64,000 nt of DNA, taken from positions 128,001 through 192,000 of the forward strand of contig JBBRLQ010000016.1 of assembly GCA_038231275.1 (NCBI GenBank). Direction: 5' to 3'. Below the pieces are notes generated by a model, which worked only from the letters and a program-made list of their open reading frames with translations, had not been told where the DNA came from and made no database searches. This DNA is from Polyangiales bacterium (lineage in GTDB: Bacteria > Myxococcota_A > Polyangia > Polyangiales > Polyangiaceae). Below are positions 38,756-49,212 of the stretch, piece by piece. Position 1 is the stretch's first letter. Each line of letters starts with the position of its first letter. The translations under genes were made by a program, and so were the position numbers.

Positions 38756-40114
38756 ATGACGTTCCCCCGAGCCGCCGTCCACGCGGCGACGCTCCTACTT
38801 GCGCTCGCGGTCGGAGGCATCGCGCGCGCCGAGACGCCGTCCGCGACGGGCGCGACGTTCACTCCGCGCGCTGCGCTCGATCTCCCGTCGATGATGCAGC
38901 TCGTCGCGCGACGGTCGGCGGCGGTGCAGGCCGAAATCCTCAACCGCGAGCTGGCATCGGCCGAGGTTCGCCAGTCGCACCTCCTCGGCAACCCGACGGT
39001 CGACGCGACGTGGGGCACGATCCCCCTCGGCGAGACGAACCCGCCGCACTTGGGCTCGCCGCTGACGTCGGTGCCGAGCTACGGCGTCGGGCTCGCCTAT
39101 ACGTTTCCGCTCGGCAAGCGCGGCCCTCGTCAGGAGCGTGCCGCGGCGTTGGAGGAGAGCGCCCGCTCGGGAGTGACGGCGACGGCTCGTGCGCAGGCGC
39201 TCGACTTGGCGCGCATCCTCGGTACGGCCGCGGTCGCGGGGCTGCGCGTCGAAGGGCTCGGCGGTCTCGTCGCGCAAGAGCGCGGGAGCATCGCGCTGGC
39301 AGAGAGCAGACTGTCCGGCGGGTTCGGCACGCCGCTGGACGTCGATCGGCTGAGGATCGAGCTCAATCGCACGGAGCAGCAGGTGCTCGACAACGAAGGG
39401 GACTACCGCGACGCGCTCACAGCGTGCGCCAGCCTCCTGGGCCAGCGGTGCGAGGCGTTTCCGAGCAGCGACGAAGCGCGCGAGTTCCTCGTCGCGTGGG
39501 TGAAGCGCGCGGAGGGCATCGACGGGAGAGGCGCCGCGCTCGAGACGCGACCGGACGTGCGCGCGCTGGAAGCGGCGGGCCGCGCGGCGATCGCCGAGGG
39601 CTCGTTCGCCTCCGCGCAGGCGCTCCCCGATCCGACCGTGCGCCTGGGGTACGTGTACGACCAGTTCGTCGCGTCCGGGAATCAGGCGCACTCGCTGAAT
39701 CTGTCGCTCCAGTTCCCGTTGCCACTGTTCGACCACGGGCAAGCGCTGCGCGACGCGGCCGACGCTCGGCGGAGACGCCTGGGAACGCAGCGCGAGCGCG
39801 TGCTCACGGTCGCTAGGGTTCGGCTCACCGTGCTCCGGGACCTCCTCGATGTCCGCGAACGAAGACAGGAAGTGATCGTCATGCAGATGCTGCCGCGCGC
39901 GCGAACCGTCGTGAGCGATCTCGAGAAGGCCGCCGCCACACGCCTGATCCCGCTCACCGATGTCATCCAGGCCCGTCGAACGCTGAGCGAGGTCTTGCTG
40001 CAAGAGGCGGAGAGCTATGGCGACGCGTTCCAGGTCGCCGTGAACCTCGTCGAAGAGTCGGCCTCCGGCGTCGCCGACGTCGATCCGCGCGCGACCCGTG
40101 CGGGTGCGCCGTGA
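38756..40114 (+). CDS. czcC: Outer-membrane efflux protein, TolC/CzcC family
   Basis: Signal peptide, NPTVD, FPLGKRG.R, RPDVRA, QFPLPLFDHGQ; first gene of RND operon. Confidence 0.8.
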   Translation: MTFPRAAVHAATLLLALAVGGIARAETPSATGATFTPRAALDLPSMMQLVARRSAAVQAEILNRELASAEVRQSHLLGNPTVDATWGTIPLGETNPPHLGSPLTSVPSYGVGLAYTFPLGKRGPRQERAAALEESARSGVTATARAQALDLARILGTAAVAGLRVEGLGGLVAQERGSIALAESRLSGGFGTPLDVDRLRIELNRTEQQVLDNEGDYRDALTACASLLGQRCEAFPSSDEAREFLVAWVKRAEGIDGRGAALETRPDVRALEAAGRAAIAEGSFASAQALPDPTVRLGYVYDQFVASGNQAHSLNLSLQFPLPLFDHGQALRDAADARRRRLGTQRERVLTVARVRLTVLRDLLDVRERRQEVIVMQMLPRARTVVSDLEKAAATRLIPLTDVIQARRTLSEVLLQEAESYGDAFQVAVNLVEESASGVADVDPRATRAGAP

Positions 40115-41271
40115 CCGGCAAGCGCGGACGCAAGGGTTTCGCGCTCGGCGTGATCGCCGGCTCGGTGGTGACGGGCCTTGTCACGGTGCTCGTCCTCCCG
40201 AAGCTCCTGCACGTGACGCCGCCCGGCCCCGCGCCCGCGTTCTCCGTCGACGGCGACTCGGTGCACCTGAAGCCCAAGGCGGTGCCCATGAGCTTCGAGA
40301 CGGCGCGCGCCGAGCTCGGCCCCCCGCTCGCGCGAAACCCCGTCACGGCGCGCGTCGCGACCATCGAGTCGCGCACCGCCCCGAGCTTCGCGCCGCTCGA
40401 CGGCCGCGTCATCCAGCTCGCGGTCCACGTCGGCGATCACGCAAAGCAAGGCGACAAGCTCGTCCTCGTCCGCAGCGGAGACCTTGCGTCCATGCAGCGC
40501 GATCTGCGCGCCGCGCAGCTCTCGATCCGCACCAAGCAAGCGCTCGCCGATCGCTTGAAAATCCTCGTCGATGCGCGCGCAGCGTCGCGCAACGATCTCC
40601 TCGTCGCCGAGAGCGAGCTCAGCGAGGCGAACCTGTCCGCCTCCGCCGCCGGCGCCAAGCTGTCGTCGCTCAGCGTGAAGCAAGAGGACGAAACCAGCTA
40701 CTGGGTCCTTGCGACGCGCTCCGGCACGGTCGTGCAGCTGGATGCCGCGCCGGGCAAGCAGGTCGGGCCCGACAAGGACAAACCGATCGCGACCGTCGCC
40801 GATCTCGACGAGGTCCTGGTCGTCGGCGACGTGCCGCAGAAGGAGGCCGGCTCTGTCAGCGTCGGCATGGAGGTCCTCATCACCGTCCCCGGCGTCGCCG
40901 GGCAAGAGGCGATGAAGGGGCGCGTCGAGGTCGTGTCCGACGTCCTCGACTCCGAGCGTCAGACCGTCCCCATCCGCATCAAGGTCGCCAACATCGGGCA
41001 TCGTCTCCGCCCCAACGAGTTCGTGCAGGCGTCGTTCGCGCCGCCGGCCGCCGACGAGGTCTTGAAGGTCGCCACCGAGGCGGTCGTCAGCGACGGCGCG
41101 ATCTCCGTCGTCTTCGTCGAGGTCACCCCGGGCGTCTTGCGCCGGCGCCCCGTCAAGCTCGGACGCCAGAACCGCCAGCAGACCGAGATCCTCGCGGGCC
41201 TCGTCGCAGGCGAGCGCGTCGTCGTGCGCGGCGCGCTCCTCTTGCTCAACGCCGTCGACGTGAAGGGCTGA
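40111..41271 (+). CDS. czcB: RND periplasmic adaptor, CzcB/CusB family
   Basis: APLDGRV...VGD, coiled coil, SGTVV, TVADLDEV, RLRPNEFV, GL.AGERVVVRGA. Confidence 0.85.
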   Translation: MTGKRGRKGFALGVIAGSVVTGLVTVLVLPKLLHVTPPGPAPAFSVDGDSVHLKPKAVPMSFETARAELGPPLARNPVTARVATIESRTAPSFAPLDGRVIQLAVHVGDHAKQGDKLVLVRSGDLASMQRDLRAAQLSIRTKQALADRLKILVDARAASRNDLLVAESELSEANLSASAAGAKLSSLSVKQEDETSYWVLATRSGTVVQLDAAPGKQVGPDKDKPIATVADLDEVLVVGDVPQKEAGSVSVGMEVLITVPGVAGQEAMKGRVEVVSDVLDSERQTVPIRIKVANIGHRLRPNEFVQASFAPPAADEVLKVATEAVVSDGAISVVFVEVTPGVLRRRPVKLGRQNRQQTEILAGLVAGERVVVRGALLLLNAVDVKG

Positions 41272-41274
41272 TCG

Positions 41275-44200
41275 ATGTTCGAGGCGATCGCGGACGCATG
41301 CCTGAAGCACCGGCTCGGCGTCCTCGTGGGCACGCTCATCCTCTCCTTGTGGGGGGTGTGGGCGTACCTCGGCCTCACGATCGAAGCGTTCCCCGATCCG
41401 ACCGACACGCAGGTGCAGGTCATCACGCGCTCGGCCGGCCAGCCCGCCGAGGAGATGGAGCGCCAGGTCTCGATCCCCATCGAGCGCGCCGTCAACGGGA
41501 TGCCCGGTCTCTTCCGCGTTCGCAGCATCAACCTCTTCGGCCTCTCGTACATCACCCTCACCTTCCGCGACGGCGTCGACGCCTATTTCGCGCGCGCGCA
41601 GACGATCGAGCGGCTGCGGCTGGTCGATCTCCCGGAGGGCGTGCGCCCCGAGCTCGGCTCGCACTCGACGCCGATCGGCGAGATTTACCGGTACACGCTG
41701 AAGTCGGAGACGAACGATCCGCTGGAGCTCCGCACGCTCGAGGACTGGGTCGCGCGCCCGCGCCTCCTGCAGGTCGACGGTGTCGCCGACGTGATCAGCT
41801 ACGGCGGCCTCATCCGCGAAATCCAGGTGCGCCCCGATCCCGTCGCGATGGCCGCGAAGCGCCTCACGATGGGCGACCTCGAGGACGCGCTCAAGCACGC
41901 GTCGATCAACGCATCGGGCGGCGTCCTCGAGCGGGGCGCCGAGCAGCTGGTGATCCGCAGCGAGGGGCTCTTCCAGAGCGTCGCGGAGATCGGCAGCGTC
42001 GCGGTGGCCTCGCGCAGTGGAACGCCGATCTTCCTCTCGGAGGTCGCGTCGGTGCACGTCGGGTGGATGCCGCGCCAAGGCATCGTCGGTCGCGGCGAAG
42101 AGCACGACGTCGTCCAGGGCATCATCCTCATGCGCCGCGGCGAGAACCCTACGGCGGTCCTCGAGCGCGTGCGTGAGAAGGTCGACCAGTTGAACCACGA
42201 GGCGCTCCCCAAGGGCACCAAGCTCGAGGTCTTTTACGATCGCACCGAGCTCGTCTCCAAGACGCTGTCGACCGTCGGCAAGAACCTCCTCGAAGGCGCG
42301 GCGCTCGTCACCATCGTGCTCTTCGTCTTCCTGCTCGACATCCGCGCCGCGCTGATGGTCGCGACCCTCATCCCGCTCTCGCTCATGTGCGCCTTCGTGT
42401 ACTTACGGTCGCGGGGCATGGCGGCGAACCTGCTCTCGATGGGGGCCGTCGATTTCGGCGTCATCGTCGACGGCGCGGTGGTCGTGGTCGAGGCGATCGC
42501 CGTGCGGATGGTCGGGCTTGAGCACGTACCACCGGCAAACCACGAGAGCGAGGTCGGCGAAAGGATCCGGCGCGCGGTGAAGGACGTCGCACGCCCGACG
42601 TTCTTCGCGCTCCTCATCATCATGGCGGCGTACCTCCCCATCTTCCTGCTGGAGCGCGTCGAGGGGCGCATCTTCGCGCCGATGGCCCACACTGTGGTCG
42701 CGGCGCTCGGCGGCGGCCTCGTCTTCTCGGTCACGCTCATTCCCGTCCTCGCGACGTTCGCGTACCGAAAGCCGAGGCCGCACCACGAGTCACCCATCCT
42801 CGTCGCCGCGAGCCGCGCGTACCTCCCTACCCTGCGCGCGGCGCTTCGGCGTCCGGCGCTCGTCATCGGCGTCGCGGTCGTCGCGCTCGTCGCGTCGGTG
42901 CGCCTCCTCGGCACGCTTGGCAGCGAATTTTTGCCGGAGCTCAACGAAGGCGCGATGTACCTCACGTTCACGCTGCCCGCGAACACGTCGCTCAACGAAG
43001 GGCGCCGAATGGAGCCGGTGCTCGCGGAGATCATCGACCGGTTCCCGCAGGTCCAGTCGCGCATCAGTCAGCTCGGAAGGCCGGAGGACGGGACCGATCC
43101 GAAGCTCGCCAACAACCTCGAGTTCTTCGTCAAGTTGCGGCCCGCAGAGGAGTGGCCCAAGGACACGCCGACCCTCGGCGCGCTCATGACGAAGATGAAC
43201 GACGCGATGAGCACCATCCCGGGCGTCGAGGTCAATTTCTCCCAGCCGATCCGCGACAACGTCAACGAGAGCATCGCGGGCCAACAGGGGCAGGTGGCGC
43301 TGAAGATCTTCTCGAACGACATGGCGGAGCTCAAAATCGCGTCGGATCAGGCAAAATCAGCCCTCGCCGCGGTGTCCGGCATCGCCGATCTCGGGATCGT
43401 GAAGAGCGGCGTGCAGCCGCAAGTGAAGGTGAAGCCGAAGCGCGATCAGCTCGGGCGCTTCGGCCTCACGATGCGCGACGTGCAGGCGTTCCTCGCGACG
43501 GCGCTCGGCGGCAGCGCGGTCGCCACGATCTGGGAGGGCGATCGCTCCTTCGACATCGTGCTCCGCCTCCCCGACGCGTCGCGCGACACGGTCGAACAGC
43601 TCGAGGCGCTCCGCATCCCGACGCAGAGCGGCGCCTTGGTCCCGCTCGGCTCGGTCGCGGACGTCACCGTCGGGTACGGCCTCGCCGCCATCAACCGCGA
43701 GAACGCGCAGCGCTACGTCGGCATCCGCATGAACGTGCGCGGCCGCGACCTCGGCGGCTTCGTCGACGACGCGCGCAAAGCCGTCGAAGCGAAGGTCGAG
43801 AAGAAGGCCGGCATGACGCTCGAGTGGGGCGGCGAGTTCGAGTCGAAGGAGCGCGCGATGAAGCGCCTCGAGCTCGTCGTGCCGGTGGCGCTCCTCATCA
43901 CGTTCGGCCTCCTCTTCAACGCGTTTCGCTCTGTGTCGCTGGCGGTGCTCGTCCTCCTGAACGTGCCCTTCGCGCTGGTCGGCGGCGCGGTGGGTCTCTG
44001 GCTCTTCGAGATGCCGGTGTCGATCGCCGCGGCGGTCGGCTTCATCGCGCTCGTCGGCCAGGCGGCGCTCAACGGCGTGCTCGTTCTTTCGGCGGTGGAG
44101 GCGCGGCGTCTCGAGGGGTGGTCGCTCGACGAAGCGATCGTCCACGGCGCCAACGATCGCCTGCGCGCCGTGCTCATGACCGCCGCCCTCGCGGCGCTGG

Positions 44201-44475
44201 GCCTCATTCCCGCGGCGATCTCGCGCGCGATCGGCTCGGAGATGCAGCGACCGATGGCGGTCGTCATCGTCGGCGGTACCGTCTCGGCGGCGACGCTGAC
44301 GTTGATCGTGTTGCCGGTGATGTACCGCGCCGCGATGCCGTTCCTGAAACGCATGGGGACGCTCGCCGAGGTCCCCGATCTCAAGACGATCCCTCCTCCG
44401 CCCGTCGTCGCGACCGATCTCGACGCGTCCGACGCGCCGGATGCGCACGACGCTCCGGTGACCAAGCATGGATGA
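41275..44475 (+). CDS. czcA: Heavy-metal efflux RND permease, CzcA/CusA family
   Basis: IEAFPD, NLLSMGAVDFGVIVDGAVVVVE, EFLPELNEG, NFSQPI, RLRAVLMTA. Confidence 0.92.
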   Translation: MFEAIADACLKHRLGVLVGTLILSLWGVWAYLGLTIEAFPDPTDTQVQVITRSAGQPAEEMERQVSIPIERAVNGMPGLFRVRSINLFGLSYITLTFRDGVDAYFARAQTIERLRLVDLPEGVRPELGSHSTPIGEIYRYTLKSETNDPLELRTLEDWVARPRLLQVDGVADVISYGGLIREIQVRPDPVAMAAKRLTMGDLEDALKHASINASGGVLERGAEQLVIRSEGLFQSVAEIGSVAVASRSGTPIFLSEVASVHVGWMPRQGIVGRGEEHDVVQGIILMRRGENPTAVLERVREKVDQLNHEALPKGTKLEVFYDRTELVSKTLSTVGKNLLEGAALVTIVLFVFLLDIRAALMVATLIPLSLMCAFVYLRSRGMAANLLSMGAVDFGVIVDGAVVVVEAIAVRMVGLEHVPPANHESEVGERIRRAVKDVARPTFFALLIIMAAYLPIFLLERVEGRIFAPMAHTVVAALGGGLVFSVTLIPVLATFAYRKPRPHHESPILVAASRAYLPTLRAALRRPALVIGVAVVALVASVRLLGTLGSEFLPELNEGAMYLTFTLPANTSLNEGRRMEPVLAEIIDRFPQVQSRISQLGRPEDGTDPKLANNLEFFVKLRPAEEWPKDTPTLGALMTKMNDAMSTIPGVEVNFSQPIRDNVNESIAGQQGQVALKIFSNDMAELKIASDQAKSALAAVSGIADLGIVKSGVQPQVKVKPKRDQLGRFGLTMRDVQAFLATALGGSAVATIWEGDRSFDIVLRLPDASRDTVEQLEALRIPTQSGALVPLGSVADVTVGYGLAAINRENAQRYVGIRMNVRGRDLGGFVDDARKAVEAKVEKKAGMTLEWGGEFESKERAMKRLELVVPVALLITFGLLFNAFRSVSLAVLVLLNVPFALVGGAVGLWLFEMPVSIAAAVGFIALVGQAALNGVLVLSAVEARRLEGWSLDEAIVHGANDRLRAVLMTAALAALGLIPAAISRAIGSEMQRPMAVVIVGGTVSAATLTLIVLPVMYRAAMPFLKRMGTLAEVPDLKTIPPPPVVATDLDASDAPDAHDAPVTKHG

Positions 44476-44875
44476 GCGCATGAATCCTCCCCACGACACG
44501 CCCAGCTACGAGCTCTCGCAGGAGCAAAACGTCGACATGCGCAGCATCGGCACACACGCGATCGTGTGGGGCGGGGTCTGCGGAGCCGTGGCCGTTTTGT
44601 GCCTCGCGCTCAGCGTCGCGGGCGCCGCCGGCAAGCTCCATGGTCCGGGGTGGCGGCTCTACGCGCCGATTGGCGCCGTCAACGCGATCCTCGCCATCAA
44701 CTTCGTGATCGCAGGCCGTGATTTTCGCGCGGCGATTCACCGTCCGGGCTGCGACATCACGCACGTGATGGCCGGCCTCTCGCACCTCTCTCGCGCGGTG
44801 CAGGTGCAAATCGTCGTGGCGCTGGTGTTCGTCGCGGTCGTCACCGCCGCGACGCTGTTCTTCGGAGGCTCGTGA
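44468..44875 (+). CDS. Small membrane protein (paralog 1)
   Basis: YELSQEQN...three TM helices...DITHVMAGL; overlaps czcA stop. Confidence 0.75.
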   Translation: MDERMNPPHDTPSYELSQEQNVDMRSIGTHAIVWGGVCGAVAVLCLALSVAGAAGKLHGPGWRLYAPIGAVNAILAINFVIAGRDFRAAIHRPGCDITHVMAGLSHLSRAVQVQIVVALVFVAVVTAATLFFGGS

Positions 44876-45252
44876 CCATGGCCGAGTACGAGTTCTCCTC
44901 CGGCCAGAACGAGGTCGTCGAGCGCTTCGGGAGGCGCGCGCAGAGGCTCGGGGCGATCTCCACCGCCGGAGGATCGCTGTGTTTGCTCGCCGCGGTCCTC
45001 GGGATCCGCATCGAGGCCGACGCGTCGCGCATCCTCCTCTTCCTCCTCGCGTCGCTGCCGCAGCTCTCGGTCGGGCTGTCGTTCCTCGGCGCCGGACGCG
45101 ATCTCGTCGGCGTCGTGGAGACGCAAGGTCATGACGTGACGCTGCTCATGGACGCGATGCGAAACCTCGCCGTGGCGTTGCGCGTCCAGATCGCCATGAC
45201 CGTGGTTTTCCTGGTGCTCGTGGCGGCGGTGGCGTTGGGCGTCTTGGCGTGA
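44872..45252 (+). CDS. Small membrane protein (paralog 2)
   Basis: YEFSSGQN...three TM helices...HDVTLLMDAM; GTGA overlap. Confidence 0.75.
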   Translation: MTMAEYEFSSGQNEVVERFGRRAQRLGAISTAGGSLCLLAAVLGIRIEADASRILLFLLASLPQLSVGLSFLGAGRDLVGVVETQGHDVTLLMDAMRNLAVALRVQIAMTVVFLVLVAAVALGVLA

Positions 45253-45275
45253 GCGCGCCTTCGGGCGCGCGGTGA

Positions 45276-46184
45276 TCACGAAGACGGGCACGCGAGAGGC
45301 GGGAGCGTGTCGGCGTTGGCGCCGCGGGCGACACGAGCGGCGCGCTCGAGAACGTCGCGATGGACGTCGATCCGCGTGAGGCGAGTGAACGCGGACGTGC
45401 CGCGGCTGACGACGCCGACGACGGTGCCGTCGCGCGCGATCGCAGGACCGCCCGAGTCACCGTGCTCGGCTCCGACGAAGAGGAAGGTCTCTCCTCCGCC
45501 GATGCCGCTCAGCGTGCCGCCGTCGTGCGTGCGGCGATGGTCGGCGCCACCGTAGCCAACGAGGATCACCGTCTCGCCCTCGGCGGGCGCGGCGTCGACG
45601 CGAGGACGCAGGACCGGCGCGCCCGGGATCTCGCGATCGAGGACGAGCGCCGCGAGATCCGCGCCGCCGCTTCTGCCGTCGAACGGACAGCCCGGCGTGA
45701 CGATCGCACCGACGCGCGCGCTTCCCCATAAAACACCGTCGGGCGCGAGCTCCACCGAGAGCTCCCGCGCGCCGAGCTCGACGCGACGGACAGGGTCCCC
45801 CTCGTGGCTCATCACGCAGTGACGCGCGGTGAGGACGACGCGCGACGCGACGAGCACGCCCGAGCAACGCCCGGCGCCAGAGAGCACGTGGACGACGGCG
45901 TCCTCCTCGTGGCGCAGACCGAGTGCCTGCGCGAGCGGCACGCGCCCAGGCACGAGCACCTCATGCTCGGTCGCGGCGGGGAGATTCGGCGTCGCGGAAT
46001 GCCGTCCGATGAGGGTCTCCTCGAAGGGAAACGTGAGGGCGATTCCCATCGCCGTCGCCGGGCGCGCGTTCGGCTCCGCGCCTACCGTGGTCACGGGGCT
46101 GAGGGGCCCAATCGTCGGGCGTCCAGCGCACCCGAGCCCGCCGAAGCCGAGCGCGAGCAGCATGCCGAGAGCGTACCTGCCCAT
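45276..46184 (-). CDS. Trypsin-like (S1) serine protease lipoprotein
   Basis: CSGVLV, VLTARHC, DLAAL, GDSGGP catalytic triad. Confidence 0.92.
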   Translation of the reverse strand: MGRYALGMLLALGFGGLGCAGRPTIGPLSPVTTVGAEPNARPATAMGIALTFPFEETLIGRHSATPNLPAATEHEVLVPGRVPLAQALGLRHEEDAVVHVLSGAGRCSGVLVASRVVLTARHCVMSHEGDPVRRVELGARELSVELAPDGVLWGSARVGAIVTPGCPFDGRSGGADLAALVLDREIPGAPVLRPRVDAAPAEGETVILVGYGGADHRRTHDGGTLSGIGGGETFLFVGAEHGDSGGPAIARDGTVVGVVSRGTSAFTRLTRIDVHRDVLERAARVARGANADTLPPLACPSS

Positions 46185-46353
46185 CCCCGCCTCCTTCGGT
46201 GATCCCACTCCAAGAAGCGGGCCGGGATCGTCGGCGACGCTTGATCCAGGGCTTGTCGCAGGCAACACCGAAGGAGCGGGATCATCAGGCCCCACCGCGC
46301 GCCGCGCCCCGGGGCGTTTCGCGCTCGAGGGTGGTAGGGTCTCGGCCGACGTC

Positions 46354-47673
46354 ATGCGAATCCCGCTCCGCCGCCTCCTCCTCGCCTCGCTCGTCTCGCT
46401 CGTCACCGCGTGCGCCGATGCTCCCCCACCGCCGCCGCGCGCGCCCAACCCGGCCCGTCAGCTCGGCGCCGAGAACGAAGCCCCCACCGCCGTCGTCGAG
46501 CGCGCGCGAGCCCTCCACGCCGCGTCGATCGTCGTCGACACCCACGACGACATCACCTCCAAAATCCTCGACGGCGGGTTCGACCTCGGCAAGCCCGACG
46601 GCAAGGCGAGCACCGATCTGCCGAAAATGAAGGCGGGCGGCATCACCGCCGAATTTTTCTCGATCTACGTGGACGCCGACATCAAGAACCACGCACGCCG
46701 CGCGCTCGACATGATCGACATCACCTACCAGCAGATCGAGCGCCACTCCGACCTGCTCTTCCTCGCCACTACCGCGGAGGACATCCGCCGCGCGAAGCGG
46801 GACGGCAAGATCGCCATCTTGATGGGAATCGAAGGCGGGCACGCCATCGAGAACTCGCTCTACGCGCTGCGCAACTTCTATCGGCTCGGCGTCCGCTACA
46901 TGACCCTCACGCACACCAACACCAACGACTGGGCAGACTCGGCGGGCGGCTTCGGCAAGCCCGCGGAGGTGCGCCACCATGGGCTCTCTCCGTTCGGCGA
47001 GGAGGTCGTGCGCGAGATGCAGCGCATCGGGATGCTCGTCGACGTGAGCCACGTCTCCGACGAGACGTTCGAGGACGTCGCGCGGGTCGCCGTTGCGCCG
47101 ATCATCGCGTCGCACTCATCTGCGCGCGCGATCGCGGCGAATCCTCGCAACCTCACGGACGATCAGCTCCGCGCCATCGCGAAGAACGGCGGCGTTGCGA
47201 TGGTGAACTTCTACCCCGGCTTCATCGACCCCAAGCGCATCGCCGCCGACGTCGCGTTTTTCAAGAAGCACGCCGACGAGATCAAGACGGTCCGTGAGAC
47301 CTACAAGGACGATCACGCCAAGATGTACGAGGAGCTCGGCAAGATCATGAGGGCGAACGCGCCTCCGCCGACGCCGCTGTCGGTGCTCATCGATCACATC
47401 GACCACGTGGCGAAGGTCGCGGGCATCGATCACGTCGGCCTGGGGAGCGACTTCGACGGCGTGCCATCCCTCCCCGAAGGCCTCGGCGGAATCGACGGCC
47501 TCCCCAAAATTACGCTCGAGCTCGTCAAGCGCGGGTACAAGGACGAGGACGTGAAGAAGGTGCTGGGGGAGAATTTCTTGCGCGTGCTCGCCGCGGCGGA
47601 GGCACATGCAAAAGAGACGAAGACGACCCTCTCCGGCGATGGCAGCACGAAGAAGCTGACCACCGGGAACTAG
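46354..47673 (+). CDS. Membrane dipeptidase (M19) lipoprotein
   Basis: DTHDD, GIEGGH, YMTLTH, VDVSH, IASHS, DHVGLGSDFDG, LGENFLRV. Confidence 0.95.
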   Translation: MRIPLRRLLLASLVSLVTACADAPPPPPRAPNPARQLGAENEAPTAVVERARALHAASIVVDTHDDITSKILDGGFDLGKPDGKASTDLPKMKAGGITAEFFSIYVDADIKNHARRALDMIDITYQQIERHSDLLFLATTAEDIRRAKRDGKIAILMGIEGGHAIENSLYALRNFYRLGVRYMTLTHTNTNDWADSAGGFGKPAEVRHHGLSPFGEEVVREMQRIGMLVDVSHVSDETFEDVARVAVAPIIASHSSARAIAANPRNLTDDQLRAIAKNGGVAMVNFYPGFIDPKRIAADVAFFKKHADEIKTVRETYKDDHAKMYEELGKIMRANAPPPTPLSVLIDHIDHVAKVAGIDHVGLGSDFDGVPSLPEGLGGIDGLPKITLELVKRGYKDEDVKKVLGENFLRVLAAAEAHAKETKTTLSGDGSTKKLTTGN

Positions 47674-47706
47674 CCAAGCCTTCTTGCAGTCGCGGTGTCA
47701 CACTTC

Positions 47707-48576
47707 ATGGGCGCGCACCGATCTCCACGCGAGGCTTCGTTGACCAAGAGCGATCGTGCACTCTCGACCGTCACGATGGCGCTCTTGGCGTGCTTGGTGG
47801 TCGCGTGCGCGGATCGGAAGGCCGAGGCGACACGGACCGGTGCCCCGATCTCTTCGGCATCGGCGGCATCGGCGGTGACGGACGCGACGGCACCGACTGC
47901 GGCCAGCGCGGCGGCTCACACGGAAGACCCTGCTCCCTCGCCGCCGCCGCCCGCACACGTAGAGGCGCTCGCCGTGCCTGGCGATCTCCCCGCGTCGATC
48001 GTTCGGCGAATGGAAGGTGCTCCGCCGCGCGTCGTCTTCCTGCCCGGCATCTGCTCGAACGCGGCAGCGTACCTCACGGCGTTTCCCGAGGCGGCGGCGC
48101 GCGCGGGCGGCGTCATCGCGATCGACGGGGACCAACCGTGCCGCGGCGCGCCGGGCTTTCGCACGTTCACGTTCGACGTCGACAAGCAGCACAAGCGCAT
48201 CGAGGCCGCCCTCGGGGCGAGCGGCCTCTCGACGATCCCGGACGAAGGCGTCACGGTCGTCGGCTACTCGCAGGGCGCGGCGATCCTCGAGTTTCTCGCG
48301 CATCGGTACCCGAAGCGGTACGCGCGCATCGTCATCATCGCGCCGCCGTCGGATCCGTCTCCCGGCCATTTTGCTGCCACGCGAGGTGTCGTCACGATGT
48401 CGTGCTCCAACGACGTACCGCAGCGCATGAAGGCGGCGTCGAAGGGCATCGCCGCGATCGGAGTACCGTCGACCTATCTGGAAATGCCGGGCTGCACGCA
48501 CGGGAACATCGCGGACGGCGAGGCGACGTTCGATGGCGCGTTTACGTGGCTCGACGATCACGCGCGCGCGCCGTAG
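47707..48576 (+). CDS. Lipoprotein esterase, alpha/beta hydrolase fold
   Basis: Lipobox VVAC, GYSQG, MPGCTHG; start uncertain. Confidence 0.75.
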   Translation: MGAHRSPREASLTKSDRALSTVTMALLACLVVACADRKAEATRTGAPISSASAASAVTDATAPTAASAAAHTEDPAPSPPPPAHVEALAVPGDLPASIVRRMEGAPPRVVFLPGICSNAAAYLTAFPEAAARAGGVIAIDGDQPCRGAPGFRTFTFDVDKQHKRIEAALGASGLSTIPDEGVTVVGYSQGAAILEFLAHRYPKRYARIVIIAPPSDPSPGHFAATRGVVTMSCSNDVPQRMKAASKGIAAIGVPSTYLEMPGCTHGNIADGEATFDGAFTWLDDHARAP

Positions 48577-48588
48577 CGATCGCGAGCG

Positions 48589-49191
48589 TCACCGTGTGCG
48601 GAACCGAACGGCCTTCGCGGTGAGGGTCGTCCCCTTGCCTTCGCCCCCCTCGCCGTGCTCGAACTCGACCTCGACGAGGAGATCGGCGTGGGCGGAGCGC
48701 GCTTTGTCGAGCAGCACCTGGAACGCGTGCTCTTCGCCGCCCATGTCGCCCTTGACCTCGAGCTTGCTGATCACGTCGTACGCGCGCCCCTTGACGAGAT
48801 CGTTGCAGCGCACGGCCATGCCGGCCAGGTGCGTCGGCTCCTTTCCGCCCTCGCCGTGCTCGAACTCGACATGGATGACGGCGTCGGCGCCGAGCTTTGC
48901 GGCGCGGCGCTTCAGCGTCTCCAGCGCCTGGTCGGTGCTCTCCATTTTCCTGTGCACGTCGACCGGACCGAGCGCCTCCACGGGGCAGCCGATGTCGGCG
49001 GTCTGCATGACCTTGATCTTCGCGGCCCTCGCGACCGTCACCGGATCGTCGGGCACGCTCTCGTCTTCGTCGTGATCGGCGCCCGCGCTGCCCGCGCCAT
49101 GCTCGTCGCCCTCGGTCGCCGCCGGCTTTTGCGGCTGGCATCCGACCATGACCATCGAGCACGCGAGCAGCGAGATGAGAATCCGTCGCAT
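48589..49191 (-). CDS. Lipoprotein with two YbjQ-like (heavy-metal-binding-like) domains
   Basis: LKRRAAKLGADAVIHVEFEHGEGG and KARSAHADLLVEVEFEHGEGG repeats. Confidence 0.75.
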   Translation of the reverse strand: MRRILISLLACSMVMVGCQPQKPAATEGDEHGAGSAGADHDEDESVPDDPVTVARAAKIKVMQTADIGCPVEALGPVDVHRKMESTDQALETLKRRAAKLGADAVIHVEFEHGEGGKEPTHLAGMAVRCNDLVKGRAYDVISKLEVKGDMGGEEHAFQVLLDKARSAHADLLVEVEFEHGEGGEGKGTTLTAKAVRFRTR

Positions 49192-49212
49192 GGCAGTCTC
49201 CTTCTTTTCGTT

